Source: Candidatus Poribacteria bacterium (lineage in GTDB: Bacteria; Poribacteria; WGA-4E; PCPOR2b). Taken from it: a stretch of 64,000 nt of DNA. Below are positions 1 through 10,321 of this stretch, one piece after another. The notes below the pieces were generated by a model. That model searched no databases and had not been told where the DNA came from. It worked only from the letters and a program-made list of their open reading frames with translations. Every line of letters begins with the position of its first letter. The first letter of the stretch is position 1. The position numbers and the translations under genes were made by a program. The stretch covers positions 1 through 64,000 of the forward strand of contig OZ220744.1 of the NCBI GenBank assembly GCA_965116925.1. The letters run 5' to 3'.

Positions 1-1479
1 GATGCGTGGGACGATGGGACAATGCATCAACCAACGACCGGGGTTAGGCCACTCACTCCGGGGCACCGCCCTGATGATTATCGGATTGCTCAAACCCTAC
101 AGCTTCCAATCACATCGGTTATTGATGACGCCGGACGTTTGACGGAGGATTCCGAGCAGTTTTGTGGCCTTGAAGTTTCCGACGCCGGAAAATTCATTGC
201 CTTTGAATTGGAAAAACGGGGTTACCTAATATCCGCAGAATCTAAGGAGATGCATCAGCCTCACTGTTCGCGGTGTGATATGCCAGTCCTGTTTCGTTCC
301 GTTCAACAATGGGTCTTTTCCTTAGACAGCAATCAATTGAGGGAGCGGGTACTTTGTTCAGATGAACATTTGGCGTACTATGATCCTAAAGATAAAGATT
401 GGATACAACAAACGATTCAAGAGCTACCGCCTCCAACGGTTTCACGTCACAGAGGCTGGGGGACTCCGATACCTCTTTTTCAATGCCAAAAATGTGGACG
501 GGAACTTTCTGACGCTCGAATTGTCAAATCCATCCGTACTCTGGTGAGTCGTCGCGGTGCTGATAGTTGGTTTAAGTTGAATGCGGAGGATCTGTTGCCC
601 CCAAACACCCTATGTCCTAGCTGTGATGGAAAGGAATTTCGGAAAGAATTCACTACCCTTGATGGACGCTTTGCAGTTCTTCTCAACGCAATTAACAATC
701 TTGGTGCCAAGGGAAATGACATTAATTCAGTTAATGTCTACTTTTTTTACCCGAATCAATTTCATAAGTGGTTCGCTCAGTTCGTTTTGACTTCAGCTGC
801 TATCTCCGATGTGGAGCCGTTGAATGTGGATTTGACAGGAGATCGTTCAAATGTCCAATCGGTTGATGTCAACCCAAGCTGGATGGAGGAATATCCAAAG
901 GATGTGCTGCGTTTGTTCTGCATCCAACCCAATTTGGACCCGTCATCAATCGAGGTGCATCTCCAACAGTGTCAACAAGAATACAGTGCCATTCAAGATC
1001 TCTGTGCCACGATATTAGGTCATCTTGAAGGTTTTACCCGTGATCCGGATGAAACCCAGCTCGAACTAATGATGCCGGATACACAGGAGTTATCCACCAC
1101 TGCTAGCGTGCTGCAATCTGTAGATTTCGCCTACCAGCAACGCGACTATTATCAAGCGTGGTGTCTTTTGAGAAACTTTTGCCAATCAGATCTTCAACAG
1201 TTCGTCGATGATTGGTTCAATGCGTCGGAACCAGTACTGGAAAAAAGATCTTGCCAAACAATGCTATTAGGGATTTTGTATGTCTTGGTACAGCGATTTG
1301 CACCAATCATTCCTTTTTTTTCCGAACAAATCTACGCTTCAATCCGAATATGGGTGGATACTGATTCGCCTTCGGATGACACCCGAAGCGAAGATGAGCC
1401 CGAATTGTCGAGCATCTTTTTGAAAAATTGGACTTCCCATGCTAATTTTCCTTACTGTGCTGATGCAGATGTGCATTAA
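1..1479 (+). CDS. ileS: Isoleucyl-tRNA synthetase-like protein, degenerate paralog (5' end lies outside the window)
   Basis: Frame is open from base 1. It is colinear with IleRS: PGHxxDDY, PHCSRC, QW, RxRGWGTPIP, CxxC pairs, GADSWF, FRKE, DVLRL, APIIPFFSEQIY. It lies directly upstream of lspA. Catalytic motifs are altered and KMSKS is absent. Confidence 0.8.
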   Translation, partial: DAWDDGTMHQPTTGVRPLTPGHRPDDYRIAQTLQLPITSVIDDAGRLTEDSEQFCGLEVSDAGKFIAFELEKRGYLISAESKEMHQPHCSRCDMPVLFRSVQQWVFSLDSNQLRERVLCSDEHLAYYDPKDKDWIQQTIQELPPPTVSRHRGWGTPIPLFQCQKCGRELSDARIVKSIRTLVSRRGADSWFKLNAEDLLPPNTLCPSCDGKEFRKEFTTLDGRFAVLLNAINNLGAKGNDINSVNVYFFYPNQFHKWFAQFVLTSAAISDVEPLNVDLTGDRSNVQSVDVNPSWMEEYPKDVLRLFCIQPNLDPSSIEVHLQQCQQEYSAIQDLCATILGHLEGFTRDPDETQLELMMPDTQELSTTASVLQSVDFAYQQRDYYQAWCLLRNFCQSDLQQFVDDWFNASEPVLEKRSCQTMLLGILYVLVQRFAPIIPFFSEQIYASIRIWVDTDSPSDDTRSEDEPELSSIFLKNWTSHANFPYCADADVH

Positions 1480-1508
1480 AGGGGCCGCTAAAGGAAAGGA
1501 TATTTTCA

Positions 1509-2009
1509 ATGCAGAGAAACATACTAAAATTAATTTTACCTATATTTGGTATTACGTTGCCTGTGTTATTACTGGATCAATTCACTAAGTGGTTGATTCA
1601 ACAACATATTCCGCGTCACGGTCAACATGTGATAATTCCGGGGATACTCAATCTACGCCATGACACAAATGACGGTGCTGCGTTTGGGCTGATGCCGGGG
1701 CAAAGTGTACTGCTAGTTATCATCTCAATTGTTGCGATTGGCTTCATTGGCTACTACTACAGACAATTCCGCGAGAGCTTGTGGATGAAAATTGCGCTCA
1801 GTTTTCTGCTTGGGGGTGCACTTGGTAACTTTATAGACCGTGTTCGCTTGGGGGAAGTCACAGATTTTATTCAATTTCGACTGCCCGGTTTCTGGTGGCC
1901 TACTTTCAACGTTGCCGATGTCGCCGTTTGTATCGGTGCCGGGATGTTAATGATTTACCTATTTCAGCATCGAGGAGACTACGATGAAGCGAAACAGATC
2001 GAAAATTAG
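1509..2009 (+). CDS. lspA: Lipoprotein signal peptidase II
   Basis: DQFTK, NDGAAFG, GGALGNFIDR, VTDFI and FNVAD motifs; hydrophobic helices; AGGA-type SD upstream. Confidence 0.96.
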   Translation: MQRNILKLILPIFGITLPVLLLDQFTKWLIQQHIPRHGQHVIIPGILNLRHDTNDGAAFGLMPGQSVLLVIISIVAIGFIGYYYRQFRESLWMKIALSFLLGGALGNFIDRVRLGEVTDFIQFRLPGFWWPTFNVADVAVCIGAGMLMIYLFQHRGDYDEAKQIEN

Positions 2010-2484
2010 GTTGCTTATCATGCTGATGTTAACCGTGATAATTGCGACTCATGCGCTTGCCCAACTTCAGGAAAATCCGGAAGAAGAAGCATCGTCCGCC
2101 CGTCAGCAGGAAGAGGAGGATTACCATGAAAGCACATTACGTCGTTTTGAAATTGTTACGATCATTGCGCTGCCGTTTACAGCGATTCATAGCTATGTAG
2201 GTGTACGGGGTATCCAAATGATTCGACAAAACGAGTTCGCACCGGAACTCTCCACGACAGATTTCAAAGTTATCGGGGCATCTGCGGTGTCGCTCGCGCT
2301 CCTTATCGGTTTCTGGGATTGGCTGCATACGCATGACAAAAATCCTTCAGAAGAATTGATTCCTACTTCGCCACAACCTATAACTCCTCCACGCCGAGCC
2401 CCAATCCAACGTGTCGGGCAGAACGATTGGAACCCCGATGAGCCGCAGGGATTTGTTGTACCGTTCGTTCACATTCGGTTTTGA
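1984..2484 (+). CDS. Hypothetical exported/membrane protein
   Basis: Signal peptide (…THALA), two hydrophobic segments, C-terminal Phe; GGAG SD upstream; overlaps the end of lspA. Confidence 0.7.
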   Translation: MKRNRSKIRLLIMLMLTVIIATHALAQLQENPEEEASSARQQEEEDYHESTLRRFEIVTIIALPFTAIHSYVGVRGIQMIRQNEFAPELSTTDFKVIGASAVSLALLIGFWDWLHTHDKNPSEELIPTSPQPITPPRRAPIQRVGQNDWNPDEPQGFVVPFVHIRF

Positions 2485-2549
2485 TGGGCTTACGCCCCAG
2501 ATTATTTTTGACTTATCGATTCACTTTTTTACATGTCACGTTTCATATT

Positions 2550-3089
2550 ATGGCTGTTTTAGAAATCCAAACCAACGATGCTGTTATCTTACGGCAAAAG
2601 GCTGCTCCTGTCCAAGAAATTAATCCAGATTTACATCCGTTTGTCGAAAATATGTTTGAGACGATGTACGAGGCGCAAGGGATTGGTCTGGCAGCACCAC
2701 AGGTCGGTGTGTCCAAAAGAATCGTCGTCATTGACATCGAAGAACACCAACCGGAGTACCCACGGATTGCGTTGATTAATCCCGTCATTACAATGACCCT
2801 CGGTGAAGAACTGGGCGAAGAAGGCTGCCTAAGTTTGCCCGGGGTACGGGGAATGGTTCGGCGGGCAGCGATTGTGAAGGTAGAAGGACTGCTGCCGAAT
2901 GGGGATAAAATTGAGTTTGACGCTAGCAATCTGATGGCAAGAGTTTTGCAACATGAAATTGACCACCTGAACGGGATTCTGTTTACCGATCTGCTGCGTC
3001 CCGAAGATCAAGAACTGCTTGAACCTCGACCGGAACCATCTGAAAAAAGCGGTGATGAAAATGAAGATTCTCTTCATGGGAACAAGTGA
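2550..3089 (+). CDS. def: Peptide deformylase
   Basis: GIGLAAPQVG, EGCLS and QHEIDHLNG motifs. Start reassigned to the ATG at 2550 (MAVLEI). Confidence 0.96.
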   Translation: MAVLEIQTNDAVILRQKAAPVQEINPDLHPFVENMFETMYEAQGIGLAAPQVGVSKRIVVIDIEEHQPEYPRIALINPVITMTLGEELGEEGCLSLPGVRGMVRRAAIVKVEGLLPNGDKIEFDASNLMARVLQHEIDHLNGILFTDLLRPEDQELLEPRPEPSEKSGDENEDSLHGNK

Positions 3090-4092
3090 GTTTGCGGTTC
3101 CGAGTTTAGAAAAATTGATTGCGGAGGGGTTTGAACTCGTTGGGGTTGTAACACAGCCAGACCGTCCAAGCGGTAGAGGAAAACGGCTTACTCCACCTCC
3201 CATCAAGGTTGTCGCCGCGACTCACAATCTCCCGATTTATCAGCCGGAGCGGGTTCGGCACCGTGAATCTGTTCGTGTGCTTCGAGAACTTCAACCCGAT
3301 GTGATCGTTGTCGTTGCTTTCGGTCAGATTCTTCCGAAATCGGTGCTAGACCAGCCGCCCTATGGCTGTATTAATGTGCATCCTTCGTGCCTCCCAAAAT
3401 ATCGGGGTGCTGCCCCGATTCAATGGGCGCTCATTAACGGCGAGACGGAAACAGGGGTCACAATTATGCTGCTAGATGAAGGAGAAGATACGGGGGATAT
3501 TATTCTGCAAAGCAGTTTGCCCATTGATATTTTGGATGATGCGACTACCCTTTCAGTCCGATTGGCAAATTTGGCACCTTCCCTGTTAATTCAAGCGTTA
3601 GGGCGTATCTCGGATGGTCCGCCACCACATCACCCCCAAGATCATTCCCAAGCAACCCACGCGCCTCGACTCATCAAGGAGATGGGTGTAATTGATTGGA
3701 AGCAGCCGGCAGATCAGATTCGTAATCTGGTGCGTGGCGTTTCGATGTGGCCCGGCGCATATACATGGGTAAAAGCGGACGAGTATCCTACAGATGATGA
3801 CCTCCGCTTAAAAATAACTGCTTGTGCTGTTGTCGACCATCTGAATTCCGCAGAACTTCCTATCGGTACAATTGAGGTTACGTCTAACAAAGAACTCATT
3901 GTCTGTACCGGGACGGGCAGCCCGGATAGAGTCGAAACGGAAAATGATCGCTACGGATTGGGAGGCAGACACTTACGACTAGATCGTGTCCAACCCGCGA
4001 ACAAGAAGGAAATGGACGCTAGTGCCTTTATAAATGGGTATCGGTTAAAAACAGGAGATCAGCTTTTTCGTAAGGAAACGCCAATAGATTAA
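3061..4092 (+). CDS. fmt: Methionyl-tRNA formyltransferase
   Basis: MKILFMGT, VVTQPDRPSGRG, INVHPSCLPKYRGAAPIQW and DTGDI motifs; follows def. Confidence 0.96.
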   Translation: MKILFMGTSEFAVPSLEKLIAEGFELVGVVTQPDRPSGRGKRLTPPPIKVVAATHNLPIYQPERVRHRESVRVLRELQPDVIVVVAFGQILPKSVLDQPPYGCINVHPSCLPKYRGAAPIQWALINGETETGVTIMLLDEGEDTGDIILQSSLPIDILDDATTLSVRLANLAPSLLIQALGRISDGPPPHHPQDHSQATHAPRLIKEMGVIDWKQPADQIRNLVRGVSMWPGAYTWVKADEYPTDDDLRLKITACAVVDHLNSAELPIGTIEVTSNKELIVCTGTGSPDRVETENDRYGLGGRHLRLDRVQPANKKEMDASAFINGYRLKTGDQLFRKETPID

Positions 4093-4102
4093 TAGGTTGA
4101 AC

Positions 4103-5086
4103 ATGCGTCGAAATGCCATATTATTTGCTGTTATTAAAGTTTTAGTGCTTTGTCTCGGAGTGCTTGGTGTTATCGGACTGATTTTCCTCTTTGGGATCAT
4201 CCCACATCAAGTCCGCACCCCAGAAGTTGCTGTGCCCAACTTAATAGGACAAAGTTACGAACAAGCGGTATTGCTTATCACGAGTTCAGGATTGGCAGTC
4301 GATTCTGTGCAAGAAAGAAAACCGAGCCCTGACTTTCCAGAAGGACAAGTTATCGAACAAGAGCCACCGGCGAATTTCAAGATTAAATTGAACAAGCCCA
4401 TTCGACTTACTTTGAGTTCGGGTAGTGAACAGGTTGCGATACCCGATGTTACGGGAAGATTATTGAGCGATGCCGAGATGTTACTCACAGACGTTGGATT
4501 GCGACGGGGAAAGGTTGCAGCAGTCTATACCGATCGGTATCCGGAGGTGCATACTGTCATCGCACAAACCCCTAGAGCGACGACTCTGTACCCGTATGAT
4601 GGCGAGGTTCATTTGCTATTAAGTTTGGGGGTCCGCCCAAAATTATTACGAATGCCTGACCTCAGTCTTATGCCAATTGATAAGGCGCGTCCCTTGCTAG
4701 AATCACACGGACTCCAAATTGGTGAATTGGTGTATAAACCACACCCGGAAATTGATCAAGGTGTGATTATCAATCATCAACCGAGTGTGGGTGAACTACT
4801 TCAGGTTGGGCAAGCGATCAATTTTGATGTCAGCGGATCCCAACGAAAGCAAGAGGACAAGGGAGGCTATCTGCCGATAAAACACACAGTCTCCCCGACC
4901 GGTGCGACTCACAAACGGGTGCGGATTGTCATAGAGGATGAGCGCAAAAAGTTGATTAAGGTTGTTGATGACCGGTATAAGTCCGGTACACTTATTGAGA
5001 AACCGCCGGTCCGTGTTGTGGGTAAAGCAACGATGCGTATCTATGAAGACAACCGACTGGTCGATACACGAGAGTATGATTGGTAA
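4103..5086 (+). CDS. Membrane-anchored protein with three PASTA domains and no kinase domain
   Basis: N-terminal TM helix, then repeats starting VPNLIG, IPDVTG and MPDLSL with G.VI.Q.P motifs. Confidence 0.88.
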   Translation: MRRNAILFAVIKVLVLCLGVLGVIGLIFLFGIIPHQVRTPEVAVPNLIGQSYEQAVLLITSSGLAVDSVQERKPSPDFPEGQVIEQEPPANFKIKLNKPIRLTLSSGSEQVAIPDVTGRLLSDAEMLLTDVGLRRGKVAAVYTDRYPEVHTVIAQTPRATTLYPYDGEVHLLLSLGVRPKLLRMPDLSLMPIDKARPLLESHGLQIGELVYKPHPEIDQGVIINHQPSVGELLQVGQAINFDVSGSQRKQEDKGGYLPIKHTVSPTGATHKRVRIVIEDERKKLIKVVDDRYKSGTLIEKPPVRVVGKATMRIYEDNRLVDTREYDW

Positions 5087-5161
5087 GCGGGACTTAACGC
5101 GACCTTCAAACTGAAATAGGTAGAATTTGCCAAAATTCGATAGGTGCTATGAGGTGAGCAA

Positions 5162-5833
5162 TTGTTAGAGCGAAACATTATGATCGCGCCCTCCATGCTT
5201 GCATCAGACTTTAGCCGAATTGGTGAGGAGGTTTGCCGAGTGGCTGAAGCGGGCGCGGATCTCATCCACCTCGATGTGATGGATGGGCACTTTGTCCCCA
5301 ATTTAACAATGGGGCCTCAATTTATCAAGTCAATCCGGTCCTACACAAATCTTCCCTTTGATGTACACCTGATGATCACTGACCCGCAGACGTATATTGA
5401 TGCTTTCGTTGATGCGGGTGCGGATCTTATCACGGTTCACATTGAGTTGGAGAAACAGTTCCCGACAGTTATCGATCAGATTAAGAACAGTGGTGTCAAG
5501 GTTGGCATAGCCCTGCGACCCAAAACACCTATAGCAGCAGTTGAACCGTATCTTGGTGATATTGACTTGGTTTTGCCAATGAGTGTTGAGCCCGGATTCG
5601 GTGGTCAATCGTTCCAAACGGATACGCTTGACAAGATTGATCAGCTATCGCAGCTAATTCAAACCCGAAAACTGAATGTCGCAATCGAGGTTGATGGCGG
5701 AATCAACCAAGAGACTGCGGCGTTGGTTGGGCGTTGTGGGGCGACAATTTTAGTGGCTGGGACCGCAATTTTCGGGCAAGATGATCTCCGAAGCGCGATC
5801 CACGACTTACGCCAAGCGGCTTCGTCAGGTTAA
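5162..5833 (+). CDS. rpe: Ribulose-phosphate 3-epimerase
   Basis: IAPSMLASDF, HLDVMDGHFVPN, DVHLM, MSVEPGFGGQ and EVDGGI motifs. Confidence 0.97.
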   Translation: MLERNIMIAPSMLASDFSRIGEEVCRVAEAGADLIHLDVMDGHFVPNLTMGPQFIKSIRSYTNLPFDVHLMITDPQTYIDAFVDAGADLITVHIELEKQFPTVIDQIKNSGVKVGIALRPKTPIAAVEPYLGDIDLVLPMSVEPGFGGQSFQTDTLDKIDQLSQLIQTRKLNVAIEVDGGINQETAALVGRCGATILVAGTAIFGQDDLRSAIHDLRQAASSG

Positions 5834-5869
5834 GAGGCAGTTCAGATGGATCAATGAAGGTACACGCTT

Positions 5870-6871
5870 ATGACCCGCAAGTTGAGCCGGAACGTTCCCC
5901 TAGTAAGCCTTTATCCTGATACTCGTATGAAATTGGCATACCCCTTTTTGCTTCTTTGTTGTTTCTATCTCTTCCTCTGCCTATCTTTCCCTGTCCATTC
6001 ACAAAACTTTAATGCTGATAATCTATTGGGCTTTGCACAATCCCTCTTTCGGGAAGGGGACTATCCGAATGCTGTGCATGAATATCAACGTTACCTGTTC
6101 CTTTACCCGGGTACAACCCAAGCAGATTTTGTTCAACTCCATATCGCTGCCTCGTATCAGAATATGGGAAGGTTGGACACAGCAATAGAAGCCTACCAAT
6201 TGCTAATTCAAAACTACCCACAAAGCCCATTTATTGAGCGCGCTCGATCTAATATCGCGCAATGTCAGCTCTTGAGCGGCAATCAAGATGCATCAGTTAC
6301 ATCGTTACGTCAATTCTTATCGGACCATCCGAAAAGCGAGTTAGCACCGCGAGCGCAGTTTATTATTGCAACAATCTATATGAACCAAAAAGATTGGACA
6401 GCTGCAGCGCGAGAGTGGCAGCAGGTGCGGATGAAATACTCGCAAACCCCCTTTGCGGAAATGAGCGATCAACTGATACGCATAGCTCGGCAGTCAGAAT
6501 CGCTCCCGCGTCGATCTCCGAGTACCGCTAGTTTGCTCTCAGTGTTTCTTCCGGGGCTTGGGCAAATCTATAGTGGGCAATATTCTGATGGTATGTATTC
6601 CCTGTTAGTTGTCGGTGCTACTGCTGCAGGGACAGCTCATTACATCGAGCAGAAACGCTACGAGGTTGCGATTCCAGTGGGTATCATCGGGCTATTTTTT
6701 TATATCAACAGTATTTATGATAGCTGGCAGTACGCCAAGGCTTTTAACCACCAGTACGAAGATCAACTCCGAGATAGGCTCCGAAAGCGGATTTCTGAGT
6801 CCGATCTGTTCAGTGCTTCGGATGCACCGCCGCCTGATATGGCATTTCTGTTTTTGGCCACCCGCTTTTAG
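5870..6871 (+). CDS. TPR (BamD/YfiO-like) protein with C-terminal PGLGQ membrane segment
   Basis: Signal peptide (start may be 5927), repeated 'YPxS/T..A' TPR units, then 'LPGLGQIY' and hydrophobic helices. Confidence 0.8.
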   Translation: MTRKLSRNVPLVSLYPDTRMKLAYPFLLLCCFYLFLCLSFPVHSQNFNADNLLGFAQSLFREGDYPNAVHEYQRYLFLYPGTTQADFVQLHIAASYQNMGRLDTAIEAYQLLIQNYPQSPFIERARSNIAQCQLLSGNQDASVTSLRQFLSDHPKSELAPRAQFIIATIYMNQKDWTAAAREWQQVRMKYSQTPFAEMSDQLIRIARQSESLPRRSPSTASLLSVFLPGLGQIYSGQYSDGMYSLLVVGATAAGTAHYIEQKRYEVAIPVGIIGLFFYINSIYDSWQYAKAFNHQYEDQLRDRLRKRISESDLFSASDAPPPDMAFLFLATRF

Positions 6872-6961
6872 GGCCTCCCAAAACCCGGATTGGAGGAGCG
6901 TCCCAATATTTCCCTCCATTCTTTTCTCAACGGCTTTTGCTTAATTTGGGGTAATTTGCTG

Positions 6962-7837
6962 ATGATTTCCTGCTTTTTGATTTCCCTGCTTACCATCGTT
7001 CAGCCCCAATCCGATATGCGTCAGTTTCTCTACGCCGAGCACCTTTTCGACCAAGGTGCTTATCGCTCCGCAATCCTCGAGTACAAGCGGTTACTTTTTT
7101 ATCATCCTGATATACCGAGGGCAGACCTTGCACGCTACCGGATTGGATTGAGTTATTACCATCAAGGTAACCGAGAACTGGCTCGACAGAAATTTGAGGA
7201 AGTTACGCAAAAGTTTCCCAATTCCCCACTTAATCTCCAAGCGCAACTGATGCTCGGCAGAACCTATTTTGATGCTAAAAACTATTCGACCGCCCGATCG
7301 ACTTTTTTTTCTATTGTTAGTGCAGACGGAGGCGGAGAGACAGCGGCGCAGGCACGATACCTACGGGGCTGGTGCTATATCCATGAACGCGCTTGGTTCA
7401 AAGCGATAACAGAGTTCCGAACGATTCAACAATTGCAGCCGGGTACTCCCCTCAGTCAAATCTCTGTGCAGCTAGCCGATGTTACTTATGCAAACACGCC
7501 TTTACCTTTCAAGTCTCCTCGACTGGCTGCGTGGATGTCCACCTTTTTTCCAGGGGCTGGGCAGCTCTATGCCGGCAAGCTAGAAAGTGGATTAATCTCC
7601 GGTGCGGTCCATGCAGCTGTATGTTACCTATTGGTAGATTCGATACTTGACGAGCGTTATGTGGATGCGGTTGGGATCTGTTTGGTAGGTTCGCGCTTTT
7701 ATATGGAGAACCGGGTCAAGGCGAGGGAGTGCACGATTGAACATAACCGGAGACTTGAAGCTGACTTCATCCGTCAATTGAGGCAACAGGTACAGGATAA
7801 CACGCCGCCGGATTTTCAACCGAAACTGCCGGGTTAA
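6962..7837 (+). CDS. Paralogous TPR protein with C-terminal PGAGQ membrane segment
   Basis: Same architecture as the upstream gene (FPGAGQLY). Start is uncertain; the ORF opens at 6890. Confidence 0.78.
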   Translation: MISCFLISLLTIVQPQSDMRQFLYAEHLFDQGAYRSAILEYKRLLFYHPDIPRADLARYRIGLSYYHQGNRELARQKFEEVTQKFPNSPLNLQAQLMLGRTYFDAKNYSTARSTFFSIVSADGGGETAAQARYLRGWCYIHERAWFKAITEFRTIQQLQPGTPLSQISVQLADVTYANTPLPFKSPRLAAWMSTFFPGAGQLYAGKLESGLISGAVHAAVCYLLVDSILDERYVDAVGICLVGSRFYMENRVKARECTIEHNRRLEADFIRQLRQQVQDNTPPDFQPKLPG

Positions 7838-7951
7838 TGCTGTGGGCAGAACTTGGGTAGTTTTATCAAACACAACGGTACTGTAGCCGGCCCATGAACA
7901 ACTTCCCATTCTAATAGATTTGGTCGTGGGCATTTACAACCAAAACTGGTG

Positions 7952-8773
7952 CTATGCGGCGGTTGCAGCACCGGCGAGCACGCGTTCCACTTCTTGTTCC
8001 CAAGTGCCTTCGATCTTGACACCATATTCTTTGAGCCCACCGGTTGCTTCTATACCTGTCAGGTAGGGGCGGGTCGTCCGATTGTCCTCGACTAGCTCCG
8101 GTTGAGCATAATCGGTGTGCAGGAAATGAATCGCCAAGCCGGCGCGCGGTTTGGGGGTGTTGTTGTGACCGGTAGCGTGGGCGGTGCCGTAACAGAAAAA
8201 TGCGACGCCTCCTGCGGGCAGCTCAAGGGATACAGCGCGTTCTTCTGGCGGGTAACATCGGATGTGATGGTCGCTATGAGGATCACGGGAGTGTTCATAC
8301 TGTTCTCGATGAGAGCCAGGGATGACACGGAGGGTTCCGTTGGCGGCTGTTGCGTCATGAAGAGCTGTCCACATGGCCGTGCCGCGCAAGGGGTCGCTAA
8401 TCTTGAAGTAAGCGTTGTCTTGATGCCAATTGGTAGGTGAGCCGGTATTGCCCGGTTTCAGAAAAATCTGATCCAGATGCTCGATGATCCTGTCCCCGAT
8501 GAGTTGCGTTACCACGTTGATGATTTTAGGATCAAACGGCATCGCTCTGAAGAAGTGGCTTTTATGATAAATCGGACAGATCTGGAAGTTGAATTGTGTA
8601 GTTGAGTGTGTTTTTCCGTCACCATCGGTTGCAACGTTCCGCAACAACCCGTCTCGAAACAGGCGGTCGAGTTCAGCCTGCAGTGCTTTTACCTCACGCC
8701 GAGAGAAAAATTCGGGAATGACGAGATACCCCTGCTCCTGAAAGTGGTGGATGTCCTGTTGCGTTAATTCCAT
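7952..8773 (-). CDS. PhyH-family Fe(II)/2-oxoglutarate dioxygenase
   Basis: F.EQGYL, WHQDNAY (HxD), NGTL..IPGSH and distal His (TAHAT). Confidence 0.92.
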   Translation of the reverse strand: MELTQQDIHHFQEQGYLVIPEFFSRREVKALQAELDRLFRDGLLRNVATDGDGKTHSTTQFNFQICPIYHKSHFFRAMPFDPKIINVVTQLIGDRIIEHLDQIFLKPGNTGSPTNWHQDNAYFKISDPLRGTAMWTALHDATAANGTLRVIPGSHREQYEHSRDPHSDHHIRCYPPEERAVSLELPAGGVAFFCYGTAHATGHNNTPKPRAGLAIHFLHTDYAQPELVEDNRTTRPYLTGIEATGGLKEYGVKIEGTWEQEVERVLAGAATAA

Positions 8774-8867
8774 TGTGCCGTCTCCTGCTCATAATTTTAT
8801 GATAGATATAGTAATTGGAAATGCTTTAATTCCGCGCTTGCCTATGTTCTTCAGGTGCTGCTTTCGC

Positions 8868-8896
8868 TTGATGTCTTTCACAAAATGCGCTACAAT
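8868..8896 (+). promoter_or_regulatory. Putative sigma-70 promoter of mtnBDC
   Basis: TTGATG-17 nt-TACAAT. Confidence 0.5.
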
Positions 8897-8924
8897 ATTT
8901 TACCCTGTTCTGTTTTTTTGTCAA
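8897..8924 (-). promoter_or_regulatory. Putative sigma-70 promoter of the PhyH gene
   Basis: TTGACA-16 nt-TAAAAT on the minus strand. Confidence 0.55.
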
Positions 8925-8991
8925 ACGAAAAAACGAAAAATAACCGAAACACCATTTTACATTTTTTAACAAACCATGTAGGAAGAAAGCC

Positions 8992-9648
8992 TTGAATCTA
9001 TCCGAGACCGCCCTTACGGGTTTTGAAAAAGAGATAGACGCACTATGCGAGGTCGGTAATCATTTTCACGCGCGTGGTTGGTCACTCGGTACGAGTAGTA
9101 ATTACAGCGTGGTGACTCGCCGTGAGCCGCTGGAGTTACTCATTACCGCAAGCGGCAAAGATAAAGGCTGCCTATCGCGAGACGATTTTGTACGTGTGGA
9201 TGGCAACGGTTTCCCCATCGTTGTTGAACAGCCGAAAGCATCGGCGGAGACGCTGCTACATATTGCTATCGCTGAACAACCTGATGTTGGATCAGTGATG
9301 CACACACATTCCATCTGGGGCACGCTGCTCTCAGATTTTTATTTTTACGACAGGGGTTTCAGGATTGAAGGCTATGAAATGCTAAAGGGGCTTGCCGGCG
9401 TAACGACCCATGAACATGCTGAGTGGGTGCCGGTCTTTGACAATACACAGGATATTCCCGCGCTAGCCGAACAGATACGCCAATGCTTGAAAGATTCCGA
9501 GTCTCCTATTCAGCACGGATTTTTAATTCGACGGCACGGTCTGTATACATGGGGAGGCGATCTAGATGAAGCGAAACGACACATCGAAATTTTTGAGTTT
9601 CTATTTGAATGCGTCGCTCGGCGTCTGACATTTGCTGGGGCGATGTAG
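8992..9648 (+). CDS. mtnB: Methylthioribulose-1-phosphate dehydratase
   Basis: [43 protein letters not shown] and EFLFE motifs (class II aldolase fold); TTG start. Confidence 0.93.
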   Translation: MNLSETALTGFEKEIDALCEVGNHFHARGWSLGTSSNYSVVTRREPLELLITASGKDKGCLSRDDFVRVDGNGFPIVVEQPKASAETLLHIAIAEQPDVGSVMHTHSIWGTLLSDFYFYDRGFRIEGYEMLKGLAGVTTHEHAEWVPVFDNTQDIPALAEQIRQCLKDSESPIQHGFLIRRHGLYTWGGDLDEAKRHIEIFEFLFECVARRLTFAGAM

Positions 9649-9677
9649 GTTTCAACAAGCAACCCTTAACTTGAATC

Positions 9678-9722
9678 GTAGGGGCGAGGTTGCCTCGCCC
9701 GATGGGTTGGGACACCCAACCT
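9678..9722 (+). repeat. GTAG-type REP-like palindromic element
   Basis: GTAGGGGCGAGG-TTG-CCTCGCCC followed by a second hairpin GGTTGGG-ACA-CCCAACC. Confidence 0.65.
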
Positions 9723-9739
9723 CAGTAAGGAGGTACATT

Positions 9740-10321
9740 ATGGCTCGCATTCGAGTGCAAGACGAAAACCGAGAAATCACCGATCATCAAGAGATTCGTG
9801 AATTTCTGAAACCGTTCGGCATCTCGTATGAAAAATGGGAGGTCGAGGGTCGCATTGGTTCCGAGGCGACAAACGAAGAAATTTTGGACGCTTATGCCCC
9901 AGAGATCGAACGCCTCAAGGAACAAGGCGGATTTGTGACGGCAGATGTGATTAATGTCACGCCAGAGACGCCCGGCTTAGACGATATGTTGGCAAAGTTT
10001 AACAAGGAACACACGCACAGCGAGGATGAAGTTCGCTTCACTATCAAGGGAAGCGGACTCTTTCACATTCATCCAGATAACGCGCCGGTATTTGCAATCC
10101 AAGTGGAAAGCGGCGATCTGATCAGCGTGCCAACGGGGACCCAGCACTGGTTCGACCTGTGCGATGACCGCACCATCCGCTGCATTCGTCTGTTTGAGGA
10201 TATGTCGGGTTGGACACCGCACTATGTTGACAATCCCGTTCATGAGAATTACACGCCTGTCTGCATGGGACCAGCCTACCTGTCTCCTACTAGCGACATT
10301 GAGCCTGTGGTGCAAGTTTAA
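9740..10321 (+). CDS. mtnD: Acireductone dioxygenase
   Basis: [11 protein letters not shown]...[14 protein letters not shown] cupin metal motif; TAAGGAGG SD before the ATG at 9740. Confidence 0.94.
   Translation: MARIRVQDENREITDHQEIREFLKPFGISYEKWEVEGRIGSEATNEEILDAYAPEIERLKEQGGFVTADVINVTPETPGLDDMLAKFNKEHTHSEDEVRFTIKGSGLFHIHPDNAPVFAIQVESGDLISVPTGTQHWFDLCDDRTIRCIRLFEDMSGWTPHYVDNPVHENYTPVCMGPAYLSPTSDIEPVVQV

Noticed and set aside
8774..8991. SAM riboswitch upstream of mtnB
   Set aside because: No SAM-I or SAM-II core was recognised; the region is AT-rich and explained by promoters.
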